Assembly (NCBI GenBank): GCA_038870975.1
Contig: JAVZJD010000002.1
Coordinates: forward strand, 5,922 to 69,921
Origin: Candidatus Bathyarchaeia archaeon
GTDB lineage: Archaea > Thermoproteota > CALKCG01 > B24
Length of the DNA: 64,000 nt
Reading direction: 5' to 3'
A program made the position numbers and the translations under genes. Below, one piece after another: positions 9,087 to 18,823 of the stretch; the stretch's first letter is position 1; every line of letters starts with the position of its first letter. The notes under the pieces were generated by a model, which had not been told where the DNA came from, made no database searches, and saw only the letters and a list, made by a program, of their open reading frames with translations.

Positions 9087-11261
9087 TTAAATATTCAATG
9101 TTTTAGCTACTTTTCTAGCTGTTTCAACGACTCTACTTCTAAAGCTATTGTATGCTTCAGTGAACCCTGTCATGGTTTTAACGGTGGATCCGAAGCTTCC
9201 CCACTCGTTATATGTTAGTCCTCTAATGCCCATATCTCCAACTTCTATGCCAACTTTTCTAAGTAGTTCAGATAAATCTGGCGTCAGCTCGTATGCTTTA
9301 ACAAAATCGTCCAATTGGCTGAGGAGTTCGACTATTCTATAGTCATGTTTCATCATTATAGCGTTGTCGTATTTTGAAAGGTTGAAGTTATAACTTTGCG
9401 ACTCCTTTAAAACATTGAGCTGATGGTCTGGAAATTCGGTATTCGTCATATTCCACCTAGCCAGCGTAAGGAGGGTATCCATAGGTCTCCTCTTGGAAGC
9501 TGGTAGCACATCTATACCGTTTAAAACATTTTCAGCCTCTTCCCTGGTCAAACCATACTCGGAGATTAAGTAGTTGATCCACTTAACCTTGTTTTCAGAG
9601 CTGAAGAAGATCCACCAAACTCTTTGAGCTACAAGAGTCCCAGCGAGTCTTATAGCCTCCTCCCAATCCATCAAGTAATTCAACGCCTTATCCTTAGAAT
9701 CGAATAACTTTGCTTCAACTAAAAGACTAGCCAAATGCTCATTGTCTAAAGTTTTCAAGTACTGGTTGAACGACGTTAAAACAACCTTCTCCTCTAAACT
9801 TTTAGCCGTGAAATTATATCCCCATCCTGTAGCACCAGTCCAAGCTTCGGTTTTATCAGCCGCTGGTACACCAAGCTTTCTACAGAATTCTAAAAGTTTA
9901 GCTTCAGGGTCTTCAAACCTTTTTAAAGCCTCCATTATCAGCTGAGCTGCTTTAGCCTCTCTAAGATGCCCTTCAAGTCTACCACCCATATTAGTTTCGT
10001 AGACTTTAGTAGTTTTAATGCCCATCTTAACAGCTTTAGCCCTTCCACATATTTTAGCCAGTATCAGTGCGACTTCTTGAGAGACCGTGAACGTTATCGT
10101 ATTGTTTGTACCTATTCCAAGACTTTCGAGAATGCTGGTTATATCGATGGCTGCTGGACTGCTTCCTGCGACTTTAAACACTATATTTGGTCTGCCTCTT
10201 TCAACGTCCTTCGACCAGCCCCATAAGAGGTACTCGTCGTACTTCATAAAGTACTCTTGAGTCGCCTTGTAGATTTTTAAAGCGTCTTCAATGCTTCTAT
10301 CGACATTGTCGGCGACGTTTGGGTTCAACTGATAGCTTATCATTCCATCTGAAAATTCTTTAAGGTAGAATACCGGTCTGAAAACTTCCATGTTGGGCCA
10401 AAGTGCCAACATTGTGGCCAACATTGCAAGCTCGTCTTGATGTTCGTCTATACCCTTTAAGTAGTCTGGGTTTTTCCTGAGGTAGTCTTCAAGTTTACTC
10501 CAAAGGCTTGGGTCATCTCTATAGGCTATAGCCGCTAGAACCGGGTTTGTTGAAACTTGAACGTAGCCTAGTCTTCTAAGCCACCTCAGCCCTAGGGCGT
10601 AGTCATTTCCAAATCTACACATGCCTCTTTTAGACATTACGTAGTATACGTTGGTTTGAATTTCCTCTCTTAAAGCGTCTAGGAAACTCAGAGTGATATT
10701 GTCTTCTTTGAGCTTCCTCTCAACGTTTTCTCCCATGGAAGCAACCATGCTTTTTATACCCCTGGGGTCTCCGCGCATAACCTTCTTCATATCTTCAATC
10801 TTCATCTTCACAACTGCTTTAGCTACTTCAGCGCTTCCAAAATCTTTACGTTCAGTGTTCTCCCAGAGAGATAGCGTATTCCTTATAATCTTCAGAGTGT
10901 CTTCAACGTCTCTATCGGTAAAGCCAACCCACTCTCTTTCTAAACCAAATAGGTTTATCGCTATTTCGAGGAGAACGTCGTAGGCTCTACCCCTCTGAAT
11001 AATGAGGTCTTCCATCTTCTTCTTAACCCAAATAGGCTCCATAAACATCAAATTCAACTGTCTAATTATGGCTCCGACGACGTCGGCCAATCTACCTATT
11101 AAATCTGGGTTTAACAGACTATCGGCGGCTAACTGAGGATAGCCCATCATCGTAGTTTTAACTACGTGGTCGGCATAATCCAGGCTTTCACAGGGATGTC
11201 GCAATTCTTCTGGCTTAGCTGAAGATAAAACCTCGTATACGTCTAAGGCCTTCACAACCAC
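9087..11261 (-). CDS. unusually large (724 aa) transaldolase-superfamily protein
   Basis: The central region carries the transaldolase motif series QVSTNPVL, SYQLNP, NIVFKVAGS (candidate Schiff-base Lys), GIGTNNTITFTVSQ and ETNMGGRL. It is flanked by an unassignable ~220-aa N-terminal and ~250-aa C-terminal extension. Confidence 0.5.
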   Translation of the reverse strand: MVVKALDVYEVLSSAKPEELRHPCESLDYADHVVKTTMMGYPQLAADSLLNPDLIGRLADVVGAIIRQLNLMFMEPIWVKKKMEDLIIQRGRAYDVLLEIAINLFGLEREWVGFTDRDVEDTLKIIRNTLSLWENTERKDFGSAEVAKAVVKMKIEDMKKVMRGDPRGIKSMVASMGENVERKLKEDNITLSFLDALREEIQTNVYYVMSKRGMCRFGNDYALGLRWLRRLGYVQVSTNPVLAAIAYRDDPSLWSKLEDYLRKNPDYLKGIDEHQDELAMLATMLALWPNMEVFRPVFYLKEFSDGMISYQLNPNVADNVDRSIEDALKIYKATQEYFMKYDEYLLWGWSKDVERGRPNIVFKVAGSSPAAIDITSILESLGIGTNNTITFTVSQEVALILAKICGRAKAVKMGIKTTKVYETNMGGRLEGHLREAKAAQLIMEALKRFEDPEAKLLEFCRKLGVPAADKTEAWTGATGWGYNFTAKSLEEKVVLTSFNQYLKTLDNEHLASLLVEAKLFDSKDKALNYLMDWEEAIRLAGTLVAQRVWWIFFSSENKVKWINYLISEYGLTREEAENVLNGIDVLPASKRRPMDTLLTLARWNMTNTEFPDHQLNVLKESQSYNFNLSKYDNAIMMKHDYRIVELLSQLDDFVKAYELTPDLSELLRKVGIEVGDMGIRGLTYNEWGSFGSTVKTMTGFTEAYNSFRSRVVETARKVAKTLNI

Positions 11262-11334
11262 TTATTATTTGAGGATTCACGTAAAAACTTTAAGGGGAAT
11301 GTTTTATATCCTCCTATGCTAGATTTTAAATGGC

Positions 11335-12339
11335 ATGGATATTGTAAGAGTTGGATTTATAGGTGCTGGAGCTATGGCTAATAGCGTCCATTACCCGTCG
11401 TTGGCCAGCTTTAGAGACGTTGAAATAGCTGCTATATGCGATTTACACGAAACTAGGCTTAAAGAGACTGCTGACCGTTATAATGTTGAGCAACGGTTTA
11501 CAGACTATAGGCTTATGCTTGAAAAGGTGTCTCTAGACGCTGTTTACGTTATTATGGCTCCAATACCTTCAGACCACTACGTGAACGCTGAGCCTTTAAC
11601 CAGTATCGTCGTCAACTGTCTTAAACGCGGTTTACACGTGTTCATAGAGAAGCCGCCTGGGGTATCGGTTGAAGATGCTGAGAAAATGGCTGAGGTTGCT
11701 GAAAAGAGCGGTTGTAAGACAATGGTTGGCTTTAACAGGAGGTTTATACCCGTGTTCAGAGAAGCTAAACGTATAGTTGAGGAAAACGGTTCCATAACGC
11801 ACTGTACGGCGGTGTTCCATAAGAATATGATAGGTCAACCTGAGCCTTGGGGTCGTGTAAGCCATCTAGTGGCTGACGTAATACATGCTGTTGATGCTTT
11901 GAGGTTTATGGGCGGTGAAGTGGATGAAGTAACGGCTTACGTTTGCCGCTTCTATGCGGATTACATGAACAGTTTCAACGCCCTCGTAAAGTTTAGGAAT
12001 GGATGTATAGGGCATTTATGCTCAAACTATTCTTCAGGTGGACGTGTACATTACTTTGAAATGCACTCTAAAGCTCTATATGCATTTGTTAACCTGCCCT
12101 TTGAGCCTGAAAAGCAGGAGGCTTTGATACTTAGAGGAGGGAAATCGTATGGTGAAGCGGAGGTTCTGAAGAACCTGGACTTAGTGGGAGGATGTAGAGA
12201 CTTCCATGTAGTCTACGGCTATCTTCAAGAGAATAGACACTTCATAGATTGCATTAAGAATGATGAGATGCCTGAGACAAACTTTAAAGATGCCGTTGAA
12301 ACCATGAAGCTCGTGGAGCGTATAAAGTCTTCTATCTGA
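11335..12339 (+). CDS. Gfo/Idh/MocA-family NAD(P)-dependent oxidoreductase
   Basis: N-terminal Rossmann motif VGFIGAGAMA, then EKP and GFNRRF motifs typical of the family. Confidence 0.75.
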   Translation: MDIVRVGFIGAGAMANSVHYPSLASFRDVEIAAICDLHETRLKETADRYNVEQRFTDYRLMLEKVSLDAVYVIMAPIPSDHYVNAEPLTSIVVNCLKRGLHVFIEKPPGVSVEDAEKMAEVAEKSGCKTMVGFNRRFIPVFREAKRIVEENGSITHCTAVFHKNMIGQPEPWGRVSHLVADVIHAVDALRFMGGEVDEVTAYVCRFYADYMNSFNALVKFRNGCIGHLCSNYSSGGRVHYFEMHSKALYAFVNLPFEPEKQEALILRGGKSYGEAEVLKNLDLVGGCRDFHVVYGYLQENRHFIDCIKNDEMPETNFKDAVETMKLVERIKSSI

Positions 12340-12350
12340 AGGGGGTCGAT

Positions 12351-13157
12351 ATGGAGATAATAGTCTTCGCTAAGATGTTTCAGAAGCTTCCACTACCGGA
12401 GTTCGCAAGCATTATGTCTGAAATCGGCTTTGAGGGTGTAGATTTAACGGTTAGACCTGGAGGCTATATAGCTCCTAGTGAAGTTGAAGAGAGACTTCCA
12501 GAAGCCGTTGACCTTCTGAAGTCTAAAGGCTTGTCTGTCCCAATGATAACTACGTCGATTGTAGATGCAAGAGAACCATATGCGGAAGAGACTTTTAAAG
12601 TGGCTTCAGAGTGTGGTATAAAGTATTTGAAGCTTGGTTATTGGCTTTACGAAGGTTTTGGGAAGTTGAAGGCTCAAGTGGAAGCCGTCCGTAGAAGTCT
12701 AAGAGAGATAGAGAAACTCAGTCGTAAGTACAACGTGACGGCGGCTATACATACACACTCGGGTATGTTTTTAACAGCCGAGCCGGCTGTCGTGTTAGAA
12801 ATCCTCAGAGACTTCAATCCAGACTACGTAGGAGCGTACATAGACCCCGGTCACATGGTTGTTGAAGGTGGATTGGCTGGTTGGCTCATGGGTATGGACA
12901 TGTTAAGCGAGAGAATACGTATGGTTGCGGTGAAAGACTTTGCTTGGATTAAAAGGGGCGGTTCATGGAATGCCGTAGTAGTACCACTTGGAGAAGGATT
13001 AGTTCCGTGGAGGGGGGTGTTTGAAATACTTAAGCTTATTGGTTTTAAAGGTCCGGTGTCGATACACTGCGAATACGAAGAAATGCCTCTTAGAGAGATA
13101 GTAGAACAGGCTAGGGGGGATTTAAACTACGTGAAGAACATCCTCAACTCTATTTAA
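12351..13157 (+). CDS. sugar-phosphate isomerase/epimerase (xylose-isomerase-like TIM barrel)
   Basis: Length and motif layout (GFEGVDL, AIHTH, IDPGH, SIHCEYE) match the AP-endonuclease-2/xylose-isomerase-like TIM-barrel family. Confidence 0.65.
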   Translation: MEIIVFAKMFQKLPLPEFASIMSEIGFEGVDLTVRPGGYIAPSEVEERLPEAVDLLKSKGLSVPMITTSIVDAREPYAEETFKVASECGIKYLKLGYWLYEGFGKLKAQVEAVRRSLREIEKLSRKYNVTAAIHTHSGMFLTAEPAVVLEILRDFNPDYVGAYIDPGHMVVEGGLAGWLMGMDMLSERIRMVAVKDFAWIKRGGSWNAVVVPLGEGLVPWRGVFEILKLIGFKGPVSIHCEYEEMPLREIVEQARGDLNYVKNILNSI

Positions 13158-13162
13158 AGATG

Positions 13163-14389
13163 TTAAATTTCACCGATGGATTCATCTTCATCTAACGTAA
13201 GCCTCATTAAATCCGGCTCTGGCGGCATTAGGTTTAGAAATTGCTCGGCAGCCCGTCTCGGCTCTTCACTTCCGACTATGTACCTTCCAACCACTACTAT
13301 ATCTGCTCCGTTTTTCAAGGCTTCGACGGAGGTTTTGGGGGTTATACCTCCTGCAACTGCTAGGAGGACTTTAAAACGGCTTTTAATCTCAGCTATTTCG
13401 TTCCACTTATATTCGACTGTTTTACCAGACTCTGCTGTCATTCTTTCAACGTCAGCGCTAACGTGTAGAAGCACTACGTCAGGCTTATACTCTAGCGTTT
13501 CAATTTTAGCTATCGGGTCTGAAACTTCCATAGTATCTAGAATCGAGTAGACTCCCTGTTTTCGTGCTTCAAGTATGGCTTTATCTATCGTAGTCTTCGA
13601 TGCGGCGGCGAGTATGCAAACAGCGTCTGCAGTAGCGTCGGCGGCTTCTTTAACCTCAACTCTCCCAACATCCATTGTTTTCAAGTCTGCAACTATGAAT
13701 GCGTCCCTCCAGACTTCTCTAATCTTCTCAATGGCTTTAACACCGTAGGCCTTTATGAGCGGTGTGCCAGCTTCAAGGATTACTCTTTCACTCCTAGGTA
13801 GTTGTTTAACTATTTCCAGGGCTTTCTCGAGACTACTCAAATCCAATGCTACTTGCAGGTACGGTGGACTCCAAAGCTTTTTAACTCTAAACCCCATAAT
13901 CGGGTGGACTGCTCTATCCTTCTCCTTGAGAACCTTTTCAACAGTTGGATATTCTTTTAGCGCTCTTCTCACGGCAAGCTTCGTAGCGGCGTAATTGAAC
14001 TGGTAGATTCTCCTGAAGTCTCTAGCCTTAGGATGCACGAAGACAGAGACTATTACAACCCAGTTTTCACACTTATCCCTTGGAATAACCCCCTCTTCAA
14101 CTGCATCAGCTATGGCTTTAGCAACAGCCGCTTGAGCTGGGCCGAAGACCTTCTCAGAGTCTTCCATACTTCTAACGGTGACTTTAGGCACTATGAGAGT
14201 GCTAGGCTTCACCGGTAGATTTGGCCTTAGTACGGCTAGCATAGCTGTATGTCCAGCGGATGGATTGGATAAAGCGTTTACAAAAGCTAAGCCAGCCGCC
14301 CCGCTCTTCTCTCCAAGCACTACATCGACGTGGGCAACTTCATAGCCTGAACCTATTAGAGCTTCCCCTACGTAGAAGCCTCTTTCCAA
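13163..14389 (-). CDS. fae-hps: bifunctional formaldehyde-activating enzyme / 3-hexulose-6-phosphate synthase (Fae-Hps)
   Basis: The N-terminal half ([23 protein letters not shown]...) is Fae-like. The C-terminal half (PYLQVALDL..., [23 protein letters not shown]) is an OMP-decarboxylase-fold HPS. Confidence 0.85.
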   Translation of the reverse strand: MERGFYVGEALIGSGYEVAHVDVVLGEKSGAAGLAFVNALSNPSAGHTAMLAVLRPNLPVKPSTLIVPKVTVRSMEDSEKVFGPAQAAVAKAIADAVEEGVIPRDKCENWVVIVSVFVHPKARDFRRIYQFNYAATKLAVRRALKEYPTVEKVLKEKDRAVHPIMGFRVKKLWSPPYLQVALDLSSLEKALEIVKQLPRSERVILEAGTPLIKAYGVKAIEKIREVWRDAFIVADLKTMDVGRVEVKEAADATADAVCILAAASKTTIDKAILEARKQGVYSILDTMEVSDPIAKIETLEYKPDVVLLHVSADVERMTAESGKTVEYKWNEIAEIKSRFKVLLAVAGGITPKTSVEALKNGADIVVVGRYIVGSEEPRRAAEQFLNLMPPEPDLMRLTLDEDESIGEI

Positions 14390-14563
14390 TTTACCACACG
14401 GTATACATAGTCGTTAGGATAATTAAAACTTTTGAAATGAATTGCTGTAAATACTGGCAGATCTACGTGGGGTTTGAAGGTTGTTTGTGGAAAACATTCA
14501 AAGGAAGTGGATGCATGTGAAACGTTTATTAATTTCCCGTCTATTCTATAGTTACGATTATAC

Positions 14564-15169
14564 ATGTCTACGGAACTACTCATACCTGGTGCTACAACAG
14601 TCGGCTTAGTGTTTAAAGATGGGGTTATACTGGCTTCTGAAAAACGCTATACTTATGGGCGTTACGTTTTAAGTAAAGCCGTTAAGAAGGTCTTCAAAGT
14701 GTCCGATAGAATCGGCGTAGCATGCGCTGGATTGGTTTCAGATATGCAGTCTGTAGTTCAGCTCATAGCGGCTAATATGAAGCTTTACGAGTTGGATACT
14801 GGAAGGCCATGTACGGTTAGAGCGCTTGCTAAGCTTACGTCTCAAATCTTATTCTACAGGAGGCTTTTCCCACTTTTAACGCAGACTTTAGTCGGCGGCG
14901 TGGATGAGGAAGGGGCAAGCCTATACATTCTAGACCCATTAGGGTCTGTGATAAAAGACGAATATGCCGTTGTCGGGTCTGGAGCTGAAATATCTCTAGG
15001 TGTTTTAGAGGCGGAGTATAGGCCGAATATGTTGCTTGAAGACTCTAGAAACTTGGTTATTAAGGGTATGCGTGCAGCTATGGCTAGAGATGCCACGAGT
15101 GGAGATGGTATAGACGTGCTTATAATAACTGGTGAAAGGACTTGGGAAGAGTCTATACCCGTGAAATAA
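14564..15169 (+). CDS. psmB: proteasome subunit beta
   Basis: A short propeptide is followed by the active-site Thr context GATTVGLVFKDGVILASEKR. Length is ~200 aa. Confidence 0.85.
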   Translation: MSTELLIPGATTVGLVFKDGVILASEKRYTYGRYVLSKAVKKVFKVSDRIGVACAGLVSDMQSVVQLIAANMKLYELDTGRPCTVRALAKLTSQILFYRRLFPLLTQTLVGGVDEEGASLYILDPLGSVIKDEYAVVGSGAEISLGVLEAEYRPNMLLEDSRNLVIKGMRAAMARDATSGDGIDVLIITGERTWEESIPVK

Positions 15170-15203
15170 CTTTTTATCCTTTTTAATCGTATCCTAATCT
15201 AGC

Positions 15204-15806
15204 ATGGTTATACTGGGTTTAGACTTAGCTGGTGTTGAAAGTAGACCTACAGGTTTCTGCATACTTCGGGATGACTTGGCTGTCGAAACGGGGCTTGCTT
15301 ATACGGATGAGGAAATCATGAGGATTATTCTGAGGCATAAGCCTTCCGTGACGGCTATAGACGCGCCACTGTTCCTTCCAAAAGGAAGGTCTTCGATTGA
15401 AGATCGTAGCGGTCCCCACCTGAGGAAGTGTGATAGGATTCTCCTGAATAGTGGTATAAGGTTTTTCCCGATAACCTTGGGACCTATGAGAAAGCTTACG
15501 TCTAGGGGCATGTCTCTAAAGGAGAAGATTAACGCTGTCGGCTTGGAAGTTATCGAGGTGTATCCCGGTGGGGCTCAAGACATCTTAGGAATACCTAGGG
15601 GTAAATCCAGTCTGGAGGGGTTAAAAAGCGGTCTTAAAAGACTCGGTTTAAAGGGGTTGAGAGAAGATTCATCTATGCATGAGCTTGACGCGGCTACCGC
15701 GGCTTACGTTGGGTATCTCTATTTCATAGGTGAGTATTTAGCTCTTGGAGACTCTTCAGAGGGGTATATGATTATGCCTAAATCTGGAAAATTCAGACTC
15801 TACTGA
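15204..15806 (+). CDS. DUF429-like predicted RNase-H-fold protein
   Basis: The N-terminal ILGLDLAG..RPTGFCIL pattern and overall size recall DUF429/COG2410. This is a call from memory. Confidence 0.5.
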   Translation: MVILGLDLAGVESRPTGFCILRDDLAVETGLAYTDEEIMRIILRHKPSVTAIDAPLFLPKGRSSIEDRSGPHLRKCDRILLNSGIRFFPITLGPMRKLTSRGMSLKEKINAVGLEVIEVYPGGAQDILGIPRGKSSLEGLKSGLKRLGLKGLREDSSMHELDAATAAYVGYLYFIGEYLALGDSSEGYMIMPKSGKFRLY

Positions 15807-15850
15807 AGGGAATAGTTAAGTTACTCTAATTCCTAAGTCTACTAGAATCC

Positions 15851-16723
15851 ATGTCTGCCACAGTTCCTTCGAAGAGAAAGTTTAAGCTTTCCGTAGCCTT
15901 ACCTGCGTCACTCCTCAGCGAAGCCGGCAGTCTTAGAGATAAGACTATTCGAGCTGGTTTTATAGGTAGAGCTTTAGCGGTATTCAGAGTTGATGAAGTT
16001 GTAATTTACAGAGACTTGTACGGTTTGAAAAATCAAGAGAGGGAAGCGTCTCTTATATCTTCTCTACTCTCGTATATGGAGACTCCCCAGTATTTACGGG
16101 TTAAGGTTTTCCCCATAGAGAAGAGCCTACAGTATGCTGGTATACTTCCACCGTTGAGGACGCCGCACCATCCGACTGTTGCAAAGGCGGAGGAAGTTTT
16201 AGATGGAGAGTTTAGAGAGGGGATAGTAGTATCCCATGATGGCTCTTCAAGCCTCGTAGATGTGGGTTTGGATAAACTGGTTAGAATCCCAGTTAGAGTT
16301 AAGACTGGTTTGAGGGTTACGGTTAAAGTGTTCAAGAAGGCTGACGGACTCATCGGCGAATTAGCGTCTAGAAAAAACATTCCAATCTACTGGGGTTACA
16401 GAGTTTTAAACATCAACCGTCCCATCGGAGGAGTCTTAGAAATCTACAAAGACGCGTTTAAAATCGCCACCTCGAAATATGGAGTACCTATAGTCGAAGT
16501 ATACGAAGAGTTGAAGACGCGTCTCACTGGAAACGCGAACACCTTAGTCTTATTCGGGTCGCCTAGAGAAGGATTAGCTGAGATTATGCTTAGAGAGGGT
16601 TTAAATCTTAAGGATTACGTGGATTTGACTGTAAACTTCATCCCTCATCAAGGCTCTGTAACAGTGAGAACTGAAGAGGCCCTTTATGCAGTATTAGCTA
16701 TATTGAACCTTCTAGCACCTTAG
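15851..16723 (+). CDS. SPOUT-superfamily putative RNA methyltransferase (DUF171/COG2106-like)
   Basis: KLSVALPASLLSE... start, an OB-like insert and a C-terminal LVLFGSPREGL knot-region pattern. This is a call from memory. Confidence 0.5.
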   Translation: MSATVPSKRKFKLSVALPASLLSEAGSLRDKTIRAGFIGRALAVFRVDEVVIYRDLYGLKNQEREASLISSLLSYMETPQYLRVKVFPIEKSLQYAGILPPLRTPHHPTVAKAEEVLDGEFREGIVVSHDGSSSLVDVGLDKLVRIPVRVKTGLRVTVKVFKKADGLIGELASRKNIPIYWGYRVLNINRPIGGVLEIYKDAFKIATSKYGVPIVEVYEELKTRLTGNANTLVLFGSPREGLAEIMLREGLNLKDYVDLTVNFIPHQGSVTVRTEEALYAVLAILNLLAP

Positions 16724-17952
16724 AAGGGTTTTAATTCGTCGATGTTTTCTCTCACTTTTTCAAAAGCTGCAACGATATCATCCATATCTTCCCTTGAACC
16801 CAGTAGAACGTACTGGGGAAGCCACATGCCTTCACTGTAGCAGGCTTTCTCGGATTTAGGTAGGTGTACTTTCGCATAATCTACATTCTTCCCGTAGAAT
16901 GGGCATGAGAGGGGGCATTTCACGTAGTAGTTTAAGTAGGGCTCTCTATACAGTGGTCTGCTGTAGCCTGGGCTTAAAGGTATGCCTTCGGCTCTTAAGA
17001 CCTCGGCGAACCTCGCTTTAGGTATACCGTTGAAGGCCTCTGGGTTGTATCTGAAAATGTACAGATGGTAGGCGTTTCTCGTGACTCTCTCGTCCCTCCT
17101 CATGGTTTTTAAACCGTCGATTTTAGAAAGTTTACTGTCCAAGTAGGAGGCATTCTCCATCCTCCGCTTTAAGTGCTCATCGTATCTTGAGAGTTGTACG
17201 AGTAGTATGGCTGCTTGAAACTCCGTCATCCTGTAGTTTCCTCCTGGCAGATGGTGTTCATACCATTCTCCAGTGGGTAGTCTGCCGCAATTGTGTAGAC
17301 TCCAGGCTTTAACGTAGAGGTCTCTATCGTTTGTAACTATAATTCCCCCTTCGCCGCTAGTTATGTTCTTACTCGATTGGAAGCTGAAGGCTCCTAAGTC
17401 ACCTATAGAGCCAACTCTTTTACCTCGCCACTCCGACCCCCACGCTTGACATGCGTCTTCAATTATCCTGAGGTCGTATTTTCTAGCTATGCGGGTTAAC
17501 TCGTCCATATTGGCTGGCCTCCCACCTATGTGGACTGGTATTATGGCTTTAGTACGCTCGGAAATATGTTCTTCAACGCTGTTCGGGTCTAAAGTGTAAG
17601 TGTCGGGCTCAATATCTGCAAAGACTGGTATTGCATTGACGTCTAATACAGCTGTGGCGGTCGCCATGAAGGTGTAAGGTGGCACTATGACTTCATCTCC
17701 GAATCCGATTCCACAGGCTTTAAGAGAGATTTCTAGTGCAGCTGTTCCGTTTGTAACCGCTACGCCGTACTTAGCATGTTGGTACTCTGCGAAAGCTTTT
17801 TCAAACTTAGGCTTCTTCGTCCCTCCTATACCCCAGGCTCCGCTTTCAAGGACTTCTTTCAAGGCGTTGTATTCTCTCTCATCGAATACTGGCCATTTTG
17901 GGAAAGGTTTTCTTCTGACTGGTTCTCCACCGTTGATGGCGAGTTTACCCAT
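16720..17952 (-). CDS. DegT/DnrJ/EryC1/StrS-family PLP-dependent aminotransferase
   Basis: Family pattern with GTAALE, IIEDACQAWG and the PLP-lysine context SFQSSKNITSGEGG. Confidence 0.8.
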   Translation of the reverse strand: MGKLAINGGEPVRRKPFPKWPVFDEREYNALKEVLESGAWGIGGTKKPKFEKAFAEYQHAKYGVAVTNGTAALEISLKACGIGFGDEVIVPPYTFMATATAVLDVNAIPVFADIEPDTYTLDPNSVEEHISERTKAIIPVHIGGRPANMDELTRIARKYDLRIIEDACQAWGSEWRGKRVGSIGDLGAFSFQSSKNITSGEGGIIVTNDRDLYVKAWSLHNCGRLPTGEWYEHHLPGGNYRMTEFQAAILLVQLSRYDEHLKRRMENASYLDSKLSKIDGLKTMRRDERVTRNAYHLYIFRYNPEAFNGIPKARFAEVLRAEGIPLSPGYSRPLYREPYLNYYVKCPLSCPFYGKNVDYAKVHLPKSEKACYSEGMWLPQYVLLGSREDMDDIVAAFEKVRENIDELKPF

Positions 17953-18059
17953 AGGAACACCTAGATATACTTTCTTTGAAGAAGTATTTAACTGTCTATC
18001 GTTTTGTAGAGTAGAGTAATGGTTAATAGGCTGGGCTACACTCCAGTAGATTTGAGGAT

Positions 18060-18815
18060 ATGATATTAGAAGTTAAGGATTTAAACGTTGAAGTTTCCGG
18101 TAGGCTCGTTTTGAAGGATATAAGCTTATCTATAGGTTTTGGTGAAGCGGTGTTCCTTCTTGGACCGAACGGCTCGGGTAAAACCTCTCTCATTCAGTCT
18201 ATTCTGGGAAACCCTGCCTATAGGGTCTTAAAAGGTAGTATCGTATCGCAGGGTTTTGAGATTACAGCGCTTAAACCGGAGGAGAGGGCTAAAATAGGCA
18301 TAGCCGCTTCATTTCAACTACCCCCTAAGATAAGGGGTCTTAAAGCAGGTAGACTTCTTGAGGAGGTTTCCAAGAGGTTTGACGTTGACAAGGGTTACGT
18401 TGATGGTCTTGTTTCAGCTCTCAAGCTCGGAGAGTTTATGGATAGGGAGCTCTACGTGGGCTTCAGCGGAGGCGAAGTGAAAAGGTTTGAGGTACTTCTA
18501 GCGCTTCTGCAGAAGCCTAAGCTCCTCCTCTTAGACGAGCCGGACTCTGGAGTAGACGTGGAGAATTTAGCGGTGATAGGTAAGACTTTAGACAGCTATC
18601 TCCATGAGGATGATGACCTTTTAAGCACTAGAAGGTCTATACTCATAGTGACTCACACTGGGGCTTTAGCCAAATACATCAATCCGTCGCGGGCATACAT
18701 CATGTTAAACGGTGAAATCGTCTGCTATGGTAAGGGTGAAGACGTTATCAAGAGGGTTTTTAGAGATGGATTTGAGAAATGTAAATCCTGCTATGAGAAG
18801 TTTAGAGGAGGATAG
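18060..18815 (+). CDS. sufC: Fe-S cluster assembly ATPase SufC
   Basis: Walker A GPNGSGKTS, ABC signature FSGGEVKR and Walker B LLLDEPDSGVD. It sits directly upstream of a SufB/D gene. Confidence 0.85.
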   Translation: MILEVKDLNVEVSGRLVLKDISLSIGFGEAVFLLGPNGSGKTSLIQSILGNPAYRVLKGSIVSQGFEITALKPEERAKIGIAASFQLPPKIRGLKAGRLLEEVSKRFDVDKGYVDGLVSALKLGEFMDRELYVGFSGGEVKRFEVLLALLQKPKLLLLDEPDSGVDVENLAVIGKTLDSYLHEDDDLLSTRRSILIVTHTGALAKYINPSRAYIMLNGEIVCYGKGEDVIKRVFRDGFEKCKSCYEKFRGG

Positions 18816-18823
18816 GTTGTCTA

